Assembly (NCBI RefSeq): GCF_009914755.1
Contig: NC_060925.1
Origin: the human T2T-CHM13v2.0 reference genome, Homo sapiens
DNA length: 64,000 bases
Direction: 5' to 3' (one strand)
The translations under genes were made by a program, and so were the position numbers. A model generated the notes under the pieces. The model did not search any database. It was not told where the DNA came from and worked only from the letters and a program-made list of their open reading frames with translations. Positions within the stretch are counted from its first letter, which is position 1. Each line of letters starts with the position of its first letter. This document shows positions 29,380 to 44,642 of the stretch, piece after piece.

Positions 29380-29830
29380 GAGCAAGCGAGGCTGCTCTGT
29401 TCTGGAGGCTCCGTGCCCCTGAGGCCTTTGACCCCGTTACCCGCGTTCCTCCCCTTGAAGCCCGGTCCCGCTCTCCCAACACCAGTGTTCTGCTGCCCCC
29501 TAATGGCAGCTTCTGCCATCTGCGGCTGTCCGGGAGCTAGATCCACCGCAAAGTCCACCAGCTCCGCTCCAGGATCAGAGACCCCTGAGCAGGTTAAACA
29601 ATCTTCCCCCTCCACTCCAGACTTTTGGAACCCAAGGACGGCCGGGTCAGAGTACCCAGGACCTCAAGCCCCGCTGCCCCTTGTCCATCCCAGAATCGTG
29701 GTTTCCCACTGCCCTCTGCAGTGCCGCGGCGAAGTGATGAGCCCGGCACTGTGGCGCCACCTAGTGCCTCTGCTGGGTCAGTGGCACCTGCACCTGCACT
29801 GCCAGCCCCCTGCTGGGAGAATTCCGACTC
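29380..29830 (-). promoter_or_regulatory. CpG-enriched element with clustered CTCF motifs (candidate insulator or loop anchor)
   Basis: Minus-strand motifs CCATTAGGGGGCAG, GCCGCAGATGGCAG, ACTGCAGAGGGCAG, GCACTAGGTGGCGC, CCAGCAGGGGGCTG; locally high CpG density outside repeats. Confidence 0.65.
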
Positions 29831-30623
29831 AAGAACTGTAGTTTGTTGTGTGTTGTTTTTGCTTTGGGGCTCACTGGGAAACTCTCACCAGTCACCTGCA
29901 TTACAGCCTGGGGCTTCCTGTCACTGTAGAGCAGGTAAGAAGAGGAGGGAAAGAAAAGACCTCAGCAGCACAGCACCAGACCTTCCTCCACTTGGTGGGG
30001 CCTTCTGACCACGAATGGTGAATAGTCCAACTAACAACTAAAAGCTCCAGCTGGGAGGACCCTGGAGCTCCCCTGAGCCTGTGGCCTTCAAACGGTACTG
30101 ACCAAGCCCATCAGTAAGCAGTGCATTTTACAACGCAACAGTCCAGGACACCCCTGCGTTGAAAGAACTCAGGAAGCAATACTTACCCTTAGTATGCATA
30201 GCGTATTTTGACACTTCCATTACTTTTGATTCTAAAAAAAAAAAAAAAACTTGCCACAACTTAATAACTGAATTCACAGTTCATTAATGGGTCACCACCT
30301 ACAGTTTACAAAACAATAATCTAGCCCTCAGTTCACTGAGAAGAAACAGAGGACAAAGAACAAATTTGCCCAATAGCAAATTAGGGGCAGATTCAGATCT
30401 AGGATCTAGAATCCAGGTCTCTGATGCCCAGTCTCATCACTTCAAGGCCTCCTCTGGGCTCTGTACCAAGTTCCTTTTGCACTGAAGCACAGAGCTCTGT
30501 CTCTCTCTGTGGCCCAGATCTATATAGGGCAGACTGTCAGGATCTGACTGCAGGCCCCTTTGTGCCCTGGAAGTAAGGGGTTGTCAATTGCTGTTTCTCT
30601 TATAATGAACTTCTCCTGTTCTA

Positions 30624-31229
<606 letters not shown>

Positions 31230-31854
31230 TTAAAATGTTCAAACCCACTGATCCAGAAATTCCACTAAAAGGAATATATAAAGTGCTAATTTTATCCATA
31301 CAAAGTTGGTCACCACAACATTTGATATTTTTTTGACAGAAAGAGCTAAATAATATCTACATGGAATTAGTTTTAAATCTTGTGTACACCAAAACCAAAA
31401 ATGTAATACTATGCAGCCAGTAGGTAGGATGATGTAGAATGTGAAAAGCAGTTTACAAAATCCTATGTGTAGTATGCTCCCATCTGTGTAAAGTGCCCAG
31501 GGATTCTCTAGGTACTGGGGTGAAGGTGGGGTGCCTCTCTGAAGAATGGAGTCATCATTCAGAATCACCTGGAGAGATTTTATAAACCACAGTCTTCCCC
31601 AACCACTCACCCCAGGAAAGTGTGATATGCCCCTTTGGGAGATATGGTTACATTTGAGAATCATTTCAGGAAGGGAAAAGGATAGAGAACTGCTGGAGGT
31701 GTACATATAACCATTTGTGTGTACATGCATGTGAGATGGTAGTGGGATGCTTCCCAGAATGACAGCATCAGTCTTCTCTGAGTGGTGAGATTTTCAAGTG
31801 TTTTTCAATAATAATAATGACAATAATGATACTTAGAATAATCATGATAAAAAT

Positions 31855-33030
31855 AGTTTGTTTAATCATCTACCTGTTGAAGGACATCTGGGCTATTTTG
31901 AATTTTCACCTATTACAAATAAAGCTGCCATGAACACTTGGTGTACAGGTTTTGGTGTGAACGTAAGTTTTTATTTCTTAGACATAAATGTCCAAGAGTG
32001 CAATTAAGGCTTGTTTTATGGCCTAGCATATGGCCTATCCCTGATGTTCCATGTGCACTTGAGAAGGATATATATTCTGTTGTTGGATAGAGTGTTTCAT
32101 AGATGGCTGTTAGGTTCAGTTGGTTTACAGTGTTGTTACAGTTTTCTATTTCCTTGTTGATCTTCTGTCCAGTGGTTCTGTCTATTTTTGAAAGTGGGAT
32201 GTTGAAGTCTCCAACTATTACTGTTGAATTGTCTATTTAATTTCTGTCAGGTTTTGCTTCATGTATTTTGGTGCTCTGATATTAGGTGCATATATGTTTA
32301 TAATTTTTACATCTTTCTAATGAATTGAACTTTTTGTCATTATAAAATGCCTTTGTTTGTCTCTAGGGACATTTTTTATTTTGAAGTGTTTTGTTTTATA
32401 TCAATCAGTATAGCTGCCCCAGCTTTCTTGTGGTTGCTGTTTGCATAATATATATTTTTTCCACTTTTCTATTTTCTATTTGTATCTTTAAATAAAAAGC
32501 ATGTCAGATAACCTCTGTCTCTAGGAACAGGAAAAGATTTCATGATGAAGACACCAAACGCAATTGCAACAAAAGCAAAAATTGACAAATGGGATCTAAT
32601 TAAACTAAAGTACTTCAGCGCAGCAAAAGAAACTATCAACAAATTAAACAGACAACCTACAGAATGGGAGAAAATTTTTGCAAACTATGCATCAAAGATC
32701 TAATATCCAGTGTCTATTAGGAAGTTAAATTTGACCTTTGTCTAATATCCAGCATCTATATACAAGTTCCTTATAGATGCTCTCATTGTGTAAAGGGATT
32801 CTCTAGGTCATGCCCATGTAGCCCTGAACTTAAAATAAAAGTAAAAAAAAAAAAAAAAAAAAAAGCAAGTCTACTGTAGACAGCATATAGAGTTAGATGA
32901 TGTGTTTTTTTCCCAGATAATCTGTCTTTTGATTGAATTGTTTAATCTATTCATATATATTGATATGGTTGGATTTACATCTGCCATTTTACTTTTTGTT
33001 TCCTATGTCTCATGTCTTTTTTGTTGCCCC
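31855..33030 (-). mobile_element. Old L1M fragments
   Basis: tggcctagcatatggcctatc...gttgaagtctccaactatta...gtagacagcatatag. Confidence 0.8.
32505..32865 (+). mobile_element. Rearranged L1PA insertion (ORF2 piece, scrambled junction, 3' tip, polyA)
   Basis: attgacaaatgggatctaattaaactaaag...gaacttaaaataaaagt(A)n; TSD AAAAGCA(T/A)GTC. Confidence 0.75.
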
Positions 33031-33240
33031 ATTACAAAGTGGGCAAAACATGAACAGACACTTTTTCACTTTTCAAAAGAAGACATACATGCTGCCAACA
33101 AGCATATGAAAAAAGCTCAACATACTTGATCATTAGAGAAATGTAAGTCAAAGCCACAATGAGATACCATCTCACACCAGTCAGAATGGATACATTAAAA
33201 AGTTGCTGGCAAGGTTGCAGAGAAAGAGGAATGCTTATAC
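33025..33240 (+). mobile_element. L1PA/PB ORF2 C-terminal fragment
   Basis: aagtgggcaaaacatgaacagacac...gagataccatctcacaccagtcagaatgg. Confidence 0.8.
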
Positions 33241-33702
<462 letters not shown>

Positions 33703-33762
33703 TCATACACATCTTAAGTCATCAGAATTAGCTTTAGGTTTACACTAGCTTAATTCCAGTGA

Positions 33763-34150
<388 letters not shown>

Positions 34151-34799
34151 GAGGAGCTTTTGAAACCTACAGTTTTCTGGACTCCACCCTAGACCTACAG
34201 AATCAGAATCTATATATTTTTAAAGCTCCCGGGTGATTCTGATGATTGACAAGTTTGGGGATCTCTTTTCTAGAAGGTGAGGAAACTGAGGCTAAGATGT
34301 AGCACCAGCCATACTCCCAGGGGATGACCAGCCTGTGCCCAGAGCCCAGGCCTTCCAGCTCCCAACCCATACTCTTCCCCGCACACCCTGCTGCTTCCCC
34401 ATGTGACTGCCCTATGACCTCTCTGTCAGTTTCCTGCTTTTGGCTCCTGCCAGCTTCTCAAAGAGGTAAAATGGATTAGGAGGGGAATCAAGTGCCTTGT
34501 AGATTATTGTGCCTTCATGGATTTGAGGGGAAAGTTGGAGACCTTGTACAACCTTTTCCATGGTGACCAACAAGGACCTGGATGAGTCATTCCAAGAAAG
34601 GCTTACTCCTCTTTGTTACCTATGAGGAGCTAATACCATAAACTAAAGAATAATCCACCCACTCATTCATCATTTATTAAGTGTCTAGTATATGCCAGGA
34701 GTTAGGGCAGGCATTGTAAATAAAAAGATGAATGAGATGCAACTCCTGTTCTCAAGATGTTTATGAAGAACAATGAAGTAAAGAATACATGGAAAATAT

Positions 34800-35141
34800 T
34801 TAACCTACTCAAAAAGTTTTGTAAACAGATTTTTTTTATAATAACTTATGTGGTAGCAACATCTGATTAAACCTGAAAATATTTGGTGCGAAAACCTGAG
34901 CTGAACTGACATAAGTTAAGGAAATGAATTATAGCTTTATTCATGTCACTTAGTGTGAATATTCATACCTTTTACTGCATACATATTAATGTGTTTGATT
35001 TACAAAATTATGCCTCAGACCTCACTGGAGTTGTGACATAACGAATAGTATCTGAACCAAATAATCTTTCTAAAATCTGAAAAATTATGAATTCTAAAAT
35101 ACATCTGGCTCAAGGATTTCAGATAAGGGATTGTGTATCTG
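34800..35141. mobile_element. MER46C-like Tigger derivative
   Basis: End acatctggctcaaggatttcagataagggattgtgtatctg-ta. Confidence 0.55.
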
Positions 35142-36020
35142 TATTTTTTAAGTTCCTTTTGGTTCAGGAGGAATTCCAGAGCTTTGAAGTTCATGGCCAT
35201 GGTATAAGGCAGAACTTCCAGAAAGAGCCTCTGAATGATAACTGAGATACACGTGTAAGAGCTTCAGCTCTATGTAGGTCAGCCAGGCTACAGCCCTTTA
35301 TCTTCTATTGCTACAGAGCACTGGACTAAATTTGGCTGGTGAATCTTCTATAGCATCATGCCATAAGCTTGGAGATGGTCTCACCAACTTTGGCAAAGGG
35401 CCAAAGAAACAACTGGAACTGTACTGACCCCACAAAGCCAGGGCAGACCCCTCTGCAGGTGCTGGGCAGTGACTCTGAGCCTCTGTCCAGCAGTCAGTGC
35501 ACAAGTCAGGTTGGGGTCTGACAGGAGGGAACAATTTCCCCAGCAGCTATGTGCAACTCAGCAATGGGAAATCCAGGCATGAAGACATGGAGAATCCAGG
35601 GTGAGAGGTAGGCAGCAAGGTGCAACCCTAGACAAGGGGCTCAGGACAGGCCTTCGGTCCCAGAGAAGAGGACAGGTAAAGGCAAGCAAGGACTCAGTCT
35701 GAGAAGCTGCCAAGGCAAGAGCTCAGTCAGTGGGGACAGTACAGACGACAAGTTACCTGCCTGAGATTAAAGCAGGGACTGGGCCTCAAGTATGAGACTG
35801 GGCCTGCTCAGTATCAAGGCTGCCTGGATCTGAGTTGCACTCTAGAGAGCTAAGTCTTTCCCTACTAAGGTCTAGTTCGACCCCTGAGACTGAGCATGGA
35901 CCAGATTCAAGGAAGGTTCCCTCTGCAGGCAGGGCCTGGCACCAGAGACCAAAGGTCCACAGAGAAGAGAGATTAGGAATCCCTCCAGTCCTAGGCACCA
36001 TAGTGACTTGATTTGGTCCC

Positions 36021-36545
36021 TGTGCAGTAGAGAATGACCTTCCCCACAGAAAGGTTTGATCCTTGCCCAGATGCTGGGAGGTAACCCCTAAGCCCATAGA
36101 ATATCCTGCCTGATAAGGGTGTGTTTGTTTACCTGCAGGTCTATGGCCATGCCGGGTAGTTTGAATGCTAACAATGCAGTATATGGAATTGGGGGCAGGA
36201 AGAAGGTGTTAAACCACCCACTGTCAGTTTGGTTTCTGGAGGGGCTGGAGACTAAGATGTGTGCGATCAGTCACACCTACATGATTAACTCCCAGTAAAA
36301 AGCCCTGGACCCCAAGGCTTGGGTGAGCCCCTCTAGCTGGCAGTACTCTCCGTGTGTTGCCCCATATCACTGCTGAGAGAAGTAGGCACTGTCCACAAGC
36401 CTTTCCTGGGAAAGGACAACTGGACACTCACACCTGTTCTCTCCTGGCCCAGCCTTATGTGTGTAATGGTTTTTCTGAGTTCTCCAGGTCCTTCTAGTAA
36501 ATCACTGAAACTGTAGGCGGTCTTGGGGACCTCCCAAACTCCCAA
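36021..36545 (+). mobile_element. MER21-type LTR
   Basis: ctgggaggtaacccctaagccc...aatcactgaaactgtaggcggtcttggggacctcc. Confidence 0.7.
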
Positions 36546-37942
36546 ATGGGGCAGTCCCATTTTCCTCCCTAAAACAGACCCCAGATGGACCCTGAATGCC
36601 AGGCCTTTTCGTGTCATTCTTATTCCTCCAGGCGCTCCACCATCTCAAGTGCCTCAATGACCCGCTGAATCCCTCTGCAGATCAGTGTGCCATGGCAGCC
36701 AGTCTCTTCATCCCCACGACTGGGGCCAGGGGGAGACAGTGCAGCTATGTGAGTGTTCCATCTGCACCGGGTCACAGAGTTCCGTGTCTATTTCTGGCTT
36801 CCAGGCCACTTTCCAACAAGAAGTCCAATTATGGAACTAAAATGTGACTTGGACATTGTATATTAGCAATGATTTTATGAGTTCCTATATAAATAACTCA
36901 CCCTTAACCCCCCACTCCCCACTCAGTGGAGGAGCTGCCTGATCACAGTGAGATCTCCAGCAAGTCCCTTCTCATCTCCAGACTTCAGCTTCCTCCCTAT
37001 AAACTAATACCTGCCCTGCCGACTCTATAGCTCATGAAGACTAATTATAACCTAGTGTCTGTAAGTGCTTTGTGATATGCAAACTTCAGGAAAGGACATT
37101 TTCAGAGGGAGCACAGAGGGTTCTGCTCTGACTAGCTTTGGGTAAAAGCCAAAACTTTTGTCTATGTCTCCTATGTCTCCATTTTCCTTAGAAAAATATT
37201 TTATTACCAGCAAACTAAAATAACAACCTTCAAGAAAATTTAAAAAATAGAATGTAGAGCAGGAGAGTACATTCACTTATGCTTTGTGAGTTCCCCGCCC
37301 CTATTTCTTTATAAGCATAATTTTAATTGCCTATAACATAGAAAAAGGCTCTCCTCCCTTCACATTTTCACCTAAACCCCTTCTTTTCACCAAGGGAAGT
37401 CAACCTTAGTCGTGATTTCACTTTCACTGTGATCCTTGCCCCGATCCCCATAATTCTGGGGGCTTTCCTGCCCGCTGGTCCCTTCCCTTGGTTGTCCCAG
37501 CTGATCCCTGCATGGCACAGACACAGCATTATCATTGATGAAGTGTTTTTCCAGAGCAACCACAGCCCAGGTGGTGAGATAGGCATTATTACCCTGTGGG
37601 CTCCCTCAGGTGCCACAGCCTGATCCCTCTCAACTTCTCTAATGAGCTGGAAGACAGGAAAAATAACCTCATGAATATGCAGGTGCCATGTCCTGAGACT
37701 GGGATCTGTCCTCATCTCTTCTTCCTAAGACATCCTTGCTCCCTCTTCCATTTTTTCCCCACGTTGCTCCCCACCCAGAAGAATCAATAGAGACCAGCAG
37801 GATGAAAAAGGCTTTTCACCACCAACCCCCCAAGGAAAAGAAGCAATTCACAAAAAGCTAAAAATCTGAAGTTTTAGCCCAAACAGTCATGCAAACTTTG
37901 CTTTCTACTTTAAAATGTATCTACATTTGCTTAAGACATATG

Positions 37943-38720
<778 letters not shown>

Positions 38721-38769
38721 AACAGCCATATCTCATTTTATTCTGCTTCATTTTATTTTACTTCCCAGA

Positions 38770-40729
38770 TACTGGGAAGATGCCATCTAGGACTTTCATA
38801 GCTACAGAGGAAAAGTCAATGCTTGGCTTCAAAGCTTCAAAGACTGACTCTCTTGTTATGAGCTAAGGCAGCTGGTGACTTGAAGTTAAACCCAACACTC
38901 ATTTACCGCTTTGAAAATCCTAGGACCCTTAATAATGATGCGAAATCTACTTTGCCTGTGCTCTATCAATGGAACAGCAAAGCCTGGATGACAGCATATC
39001 TGTTTAAAGCATGGTTTACTGAATATATTATATACGTGTGCCTGTGTGTGTGTGTGCTTGTGTGGGGGTGGGAGGGGAGAGAGAGAGAGGGAGAGAGAGA
39101 GAGACAGGGTCTCACTCTGTTACCCAGGCTGGAGTGCAGTGGCACAATCTCAGCTCACTTCAGCCTTGACCTCCTGGGCTCAAGTGATCCTCCTACCTCA
39201 GCCTCCTGAGTAGCTAGAACTAGACACACACCACAACACCTGGCAAATTTTGTTTGTTTGTTTGTTTGTAGAGACAAGGTCTTACTGTGTTGCCCAGGCT
39301 GGAGTTTACTGATTATTTTAAGCCCGTTGTTGAGACCAACAGCTGAGAAAAAAATCCTTTCAAAATATTATTGTTTATTGACAATAAAACTGGTCACCCA
39401 AGAGCTCTGATGGAGATGTACAAGGAGATGAATGTTGTTTTCATGCCTACTAGCTCAACATCCATTCAATAGCTCATGGAACAAGAAGTAATTTTGACTT
39501 CTGAGTCTTACTATTTAAGAAATACGTCTTCTAAGGCTATAGCTGCCAAAGATAATGATTCTTCTAATGGATTTGGGTAAAGAAAATTGAAAACATTCTG
39601 GAAAGGATTCACCATTCTAGATGCCATTAAGAACACTCATGATTCATGGGAAGAGGGAAGAAGTTGGTTCCAACCCTCACGATGACTTTGAGGGGTTGAA
39701 GATTTCAATGGAGGAAGTAATTGCAGATGTGGTGGAAACAGTAAGAGAACCAGAGTTAGAAATGGAGCCTGAAGATATGACTGCGTTGCTGCAATCTCAT
39801 GATCAAACTTAAACGAATGAGGAGCTGCTTCTTATGAATGAGCAAAGAAAATGTTTTGTTTTGTTTTGTGACAGAGTTTTAGCTCTGTCACCCAGGCTGG
39901 AGTGCAGTGGCACAATTTCAGCTCACCGCAACCTCTTGCCTCCCGGGTTCAAGCAATTCTCATGCCTCAGCCTCCCAAGTGGCAGGGACCACAGGCACCT
40001 GCCACCACAGCTGGCTAATTTTTATATTTTTAACAGAGACAGGGTTTCACCATGTTGGCCAGGCTGGTCTCAAACCCTTGACCTCAAGTGATCTGCCCAC
40101 CTCGACCTCCCAAAGTGCTGGGATTCCAGGTGTGAGCCATCACGCCTGGTGAAAAGTGGTTTCTTGAGATGAAATCCACTCCTGGTGAAGATGCTGTGAA
40201 CATTGTTGAAATGACAATAAAGGATTTCGGATATTACATAAACTTAGTTGATAAAGCAGTGGCAGCTTTTGAGAGGACTGACTCCAATTTTGAAAGAAGC
40301 TCTACCGTGGGTAAAATGCTATCAAACAGCATTGCACGCTACTTTAGTAAAAGGAAGAGTCAACTGATAAGGCAAACTTCATTGTTATTTTAAGAAATTG
40401 CCACGGCCATCCCAACTTTCAGCAACCACCACTCTGATCAGTGAGCAGCCATCAACATGAGGCAACACCCTCCACCAGCAAAAAGATTACGACTCGCTGA
40501 AGCCTCTGATGATTGTTAGCATTTTTTAGCAATAAAGTATTTTTAAATTAAGGCATGCACATTGTTTTTAAAGATGTGCTATTGCACACTTGATAGACTA
40601 CATTATAGTATAAACGTGACTTTTATAGGCAGTGGGAAACTGATAAATTTGTGTGACTTGCTTTATTGAAATATTCCCTTTATTGTGGTGGTGTGGAGCC
40701 AAACCTGCAGTATCTCGGAGGTATGCCTG
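38770..40729 (+). mobile_element. Tigger1 3' portion (decayed pogo-like transposase) with two Alu insertions (about 39100-39304 and 39855-40149, both minus strand)
   Basis: ORF track pieces MPSRTFIATEEKSM.GFKASK, ENPRTL...[15 protein letters not shown] and [14 protein letters not shown]; terminal gaggtatgcctg. Confidence 0.9.
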
Positions 40730-40759
40730 GTAGTTTTTGGTTAAAAGCACAGACTCTGA

Positions 40760-41061
40760 GGCTGGGCGCAATGGCTCACACCTGGAATCCCAGCACTTTG
40801 GGAGACGGAGGCAGATGGATCACTTGAGGTCAGCAGTTAGAGACAAGCCTGGCCAACATGGTGAAACCCTGTCTCTACTAAAACTACAAAAATTAGCTGG
40901 GTGTGGTGGCACATGCATGTAATTCAAGCTACTCAGGAGACTGAAGCAGAAGAATTGCTTGAACCCAGGAGGCAGAGGTTGCAGCAAACTGAGATCACAC
41001 CACCGCACTCCAGCCTGGGCAGCAGAGCAAGACTCCAGCTCAAAAAAAAAAAAAAAAAAAA
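40760..41061 (+). mobile_element. AluS-type element inserted in a MIR
   Basis: Dimer with A-tail; TSD AAAAG(C/T)ACAGACT. Confidence 0.95.
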
Positions 41062-42119
41062 GTACAGACTTGGAACCATACCACATAGGTTCAAATCCAG
41101 CTCTTCAGTTTGCTAGCTAGGAGACCTTGGGTAACATATTTAACCTGTCTTTAGCCTAGGTTTTCTCATCACATTGTAGTAATGATTCAATGTGCTTTAT
41201 CTGTTATCAAGTTCTTAGAGACATGCATATGGTAATCACTACTTGCGTTAGCTATTATTATTTCAGTATACAAATACATAAAATTACCTTCTAGCTAGAT
41301 TACAAAACTTTCCCCATTCTACCCATGTTCTCATTAAATCTGAGCCAAAATGATGATCCATGAAGATATTTCATGTTCTAGAACCCTTGTTATAGCACTG
41401 ATACCCCATGTTGAAGTGCATGGAAATAGAGAAAAGTTGGCCCCAGAGCAATCCCAGCCAAAGGCCCTGTAGCAGGGTGTTTGATGCCAACCGGACCAAT
41501 GCTAAAACCCTTTTGACTGGTGCCAAAGCCCAGCCCAACCTTGTGTGACTGCAGGTTTCTATCTTACTGCTCCTGAACGCAGGCCTATTTGTCAGCCTTG
41601 GTACTGTCTTTGCTCATGTTGAGTTCAATTTGGTGCATATTTACTGAAGAAGGGAATGTGAAAAGCAGGATAAAGGAAGTTGCCAAGCCAGGATGTGTCC
41701 ATGTAAAGGCACATCATACTTTGGCCTGATTCACAGATACTCTGAGTGTAACTCCTCCGAAGAATAGTCATCCTTGAGGCAAGGGGAAGGGATTTTTGCC
41801 CCTTGTAAGTCATCACTGGCAACTGCAACCTCCACGCATCTCAGGGAGAGGCAGGTCCTGAAGTGGGATCAGGGCTTCAGGGAGGGACACAGGTGTGACC
41901 CCTTCCCCATTAGCTGCAGCACTCACAGCAGCTGGGGGATGGCAGCACCAGCTCTAAAGTGGATATGGCTGGGTCACTAGCAGTGTCTATGTCTGGTTTC
42001 CACTTTTTAAGAACGCATCATGCATCATGAGGTTGCCATGGAAGCTATGACACAGAAATTCTAAGCTGGAAGTGGCAATAACAACAGGGACACAGACATG
42101 TGACTGAGTGGCTCCAGGG

Positions 42120-42536
42120 CAATAATGTGCCGGAACAAGCTTATGCCAGCTCACAGGAGCTGATTGTTAAATTTTCAGGAACTTTGCAAGCCAGCTGTGA
42201 GAGACAGCCATCAGGAAACATTAAATTATATAAACTTACAATTAAATAATTACATTAAATGAAAAAGTAGAAATAACTCGAAACCCATCATTTTCTAATG
42301 ATTTTCCTGTGTTTTACTATTATCTATGATCTTGAGGTTATTTACGTTCATAGTAGCTGTATGGTGGAAATGTAATATAATGGTCTCTCCTTCATCACAT
42401 TGAGTGACATCATGTTGTCATCTTGAGATTGACCATGGCAGGGGAATTTACATCACAGAAATCAGAAAATGCTATACCTCAGGGGTTTTTTTCTTTCCAG
42501 TGAACCAGTTGTTAACTATTTACTAGCGCACCACTG
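42120..42536. mobile_element. MER63-like hAT element
   Basis: gagctgattgttaaattttcaggaactttgcaagcc...agcgcaccactg. Confidence 0.7.
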
Positions 42537-44445
42537 ATTCAGATGGACTCATTCTCCCCCTAATATGCACCAACGCACACAATAGCCGAATGCTTATCCA
42601 TGGAGAGGTTCTTCCTGGGCAAGGATGGATGAGCAGCTTTTGTTTGCTCTTGGAGTTTTTTAAAGCTGAGTCTGAATAAGAAAAGGGGTTTCATTTCTCT
42701 CACTCCTACATCTTTGCAGGTAGGATTCACCTGGTCATAGCACTTGGTTCGTATGTAGCAGAGGGAACTTATGGCCCATGAAAATGTCTCAGGTACTTTT
42801 AATATTTTCCTTAAATGATGACTGTTCATCAATTTGTTTAAAATGCTCTCTTGTGTCTGAGAGGATATGGCACCACTTATTTCAGTCCCAGCTTCAATGA
42901 GGGGGTGAATGATGAGGACTTATTACAAGTCAGAAAGTCCCTAAGGAAATATAAGGAAAATATCATTTACTGCAGCTCCTAACACCTAAGAACTGAAGGA
43001 GTGAGTCCACTTGGGGCCCTGAGAAGGAACAAGATTTAATTATTAAGGCTATGTTATTTATAAAGCTTAATAGAGTAATTCTTTGTTGCTAATGAAGTCG
43101 TAGAGGACCCTTAAAAGGAAGCCTGCACAATTACATGTAAAACTGTGACAAATCTTGTATTTAGAAGCATACACCATCCCATCTGCCACTGTCAGATCCA
43201 CTCTCCCAGGTCTACCCAGAGGAGGTGGGAGGCAGGAAGGCCACCCACCTCGGGCCTGGCCTCTCAGGTGTGCAGTTTGCAGACCTGAAATATAAAAGCT
43301 TATTTTAAACAGACAACTCCTCCAGCCCACTTCCCAGGGGTTCTGTGCTAATAAATTGGCATTAATAAGATAAACTAATTGGGGGTGGCCAGGCCCACAG
43401 GCTGGGTTCTCAGCTGCGACCTCCTGGCTCCATGCCCTACTCCTGCTGATCCTGCCAGCCAGCAGAAATTGTGTTGGGGGTGGAGGCAGGGGCAGGACAG
43501 GATAGAAACAGAGGAGTCTGGGGTCTGGGGTCTAGGGTCTAGAGACTGGAGCACAGTACCCCTGACTTGCTACAAAGTGAAGGCGAAGTCTCCTTTCCTT
43601 TTCCCCAGCTGGGTGGGTCTGGCCCAGTGCAGGAGACATCCTTAACCATTTGGACTTAACAGTTTCTTTAACAGAATAAAATAATAACCCACAGGAAGTG
43701 AAAAAGACCCTCAAGGTACAGGGACCACATTTTCCTGATAGAAAGCTGAGGTACTTCTGGTAGGTAATAGCTTAAAAAAAGAAAACTGAGACACTTTCTG
43801 TGACAAAAGATTTTCAGACATTTGCTATGTGCAAGAAGCAGTGTCAGAAAGACAATTTAGAGGCTGAAATGTTGCAATGGATAGGACATTTCCATGGTTT
43901 ATTGAAAACAACAGAAAGACCATCATAAATCTTACCTTATCCAGAAAAATCAGTGGTTGCCATGATGGAGACCTTCTGTGGTTGCTACGTGAAGACAAAT
44001 ATTTTCTTTGGCTATATTTCAATAGCCAGCATGGTTATTTCTGTCTAATATGTTTATTTCTCCAGGAAATAATTCTAGCCAAGTAATGTCCATTTCAAGA
44101 AGGGAAACAGACACTAGTTTTTAGGCTGTGAGGACGTCAAACCTCTTTGTATTTCCCTTCTTCGGTCTGTTCATTCTCTCTATATTTGATGATACCTACG
44201 CATAGTCTGTTTACTTCATTTGACCCATATTTACTCATCGAGAGGCCATTCTTTACAATGTGTTTTCAGATGTTCTCATGCCTGTCTTAGACTATAAATG
44301 TCTGTGTAATTCTTTGATCAGCAGCTAGCACAGCAGCGGTCACAGTACTGCACACAGAGAGGTCCTTCATTCATACAGGCCCACTCTGAACAGTTGTGCA
44401 GGTCACGCACTGCATAACTTCAGCTGGGCCCATCATAATGTAGTC

Positions 44446-44642
44446 CAGTGCTGTTCAATAGAACTTTCTGCAATTATAGCAATGTTCTTTAATCTGTGTC
44501 ATTTAATACAGTGGCCGCTAGGCACATGCAGCTCTTGTACACTTATAATGTGGTTAGTGTGACTGAAGAGCTGAATTTTTAATTTTAGTTAAATTTAAAT
44601 AGTCACATGCGGCTAGTGGCTACTGTCATTGGATAGCACTGT
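44446..44642. mobile_element. MER3 hAT element
   Basis: cagtgctgttcaatagaactttctgc...ttggatagcactg TIRs. Confidence 0.8.

Noticed and set aside
29282-30008. ORFs of 108-142 aa in the CpG-rich patch
   Set aside because: Mostly non-ATG starts, no homology I can recognise, no polyA or TSD of a processed pseudogene; better explained as a regulatory element
38770-40400. Transposase-like peptides
   Set aside because: Tigger1 fossil with stops, frameshifts and two Alu insertions; not a domesticated gene
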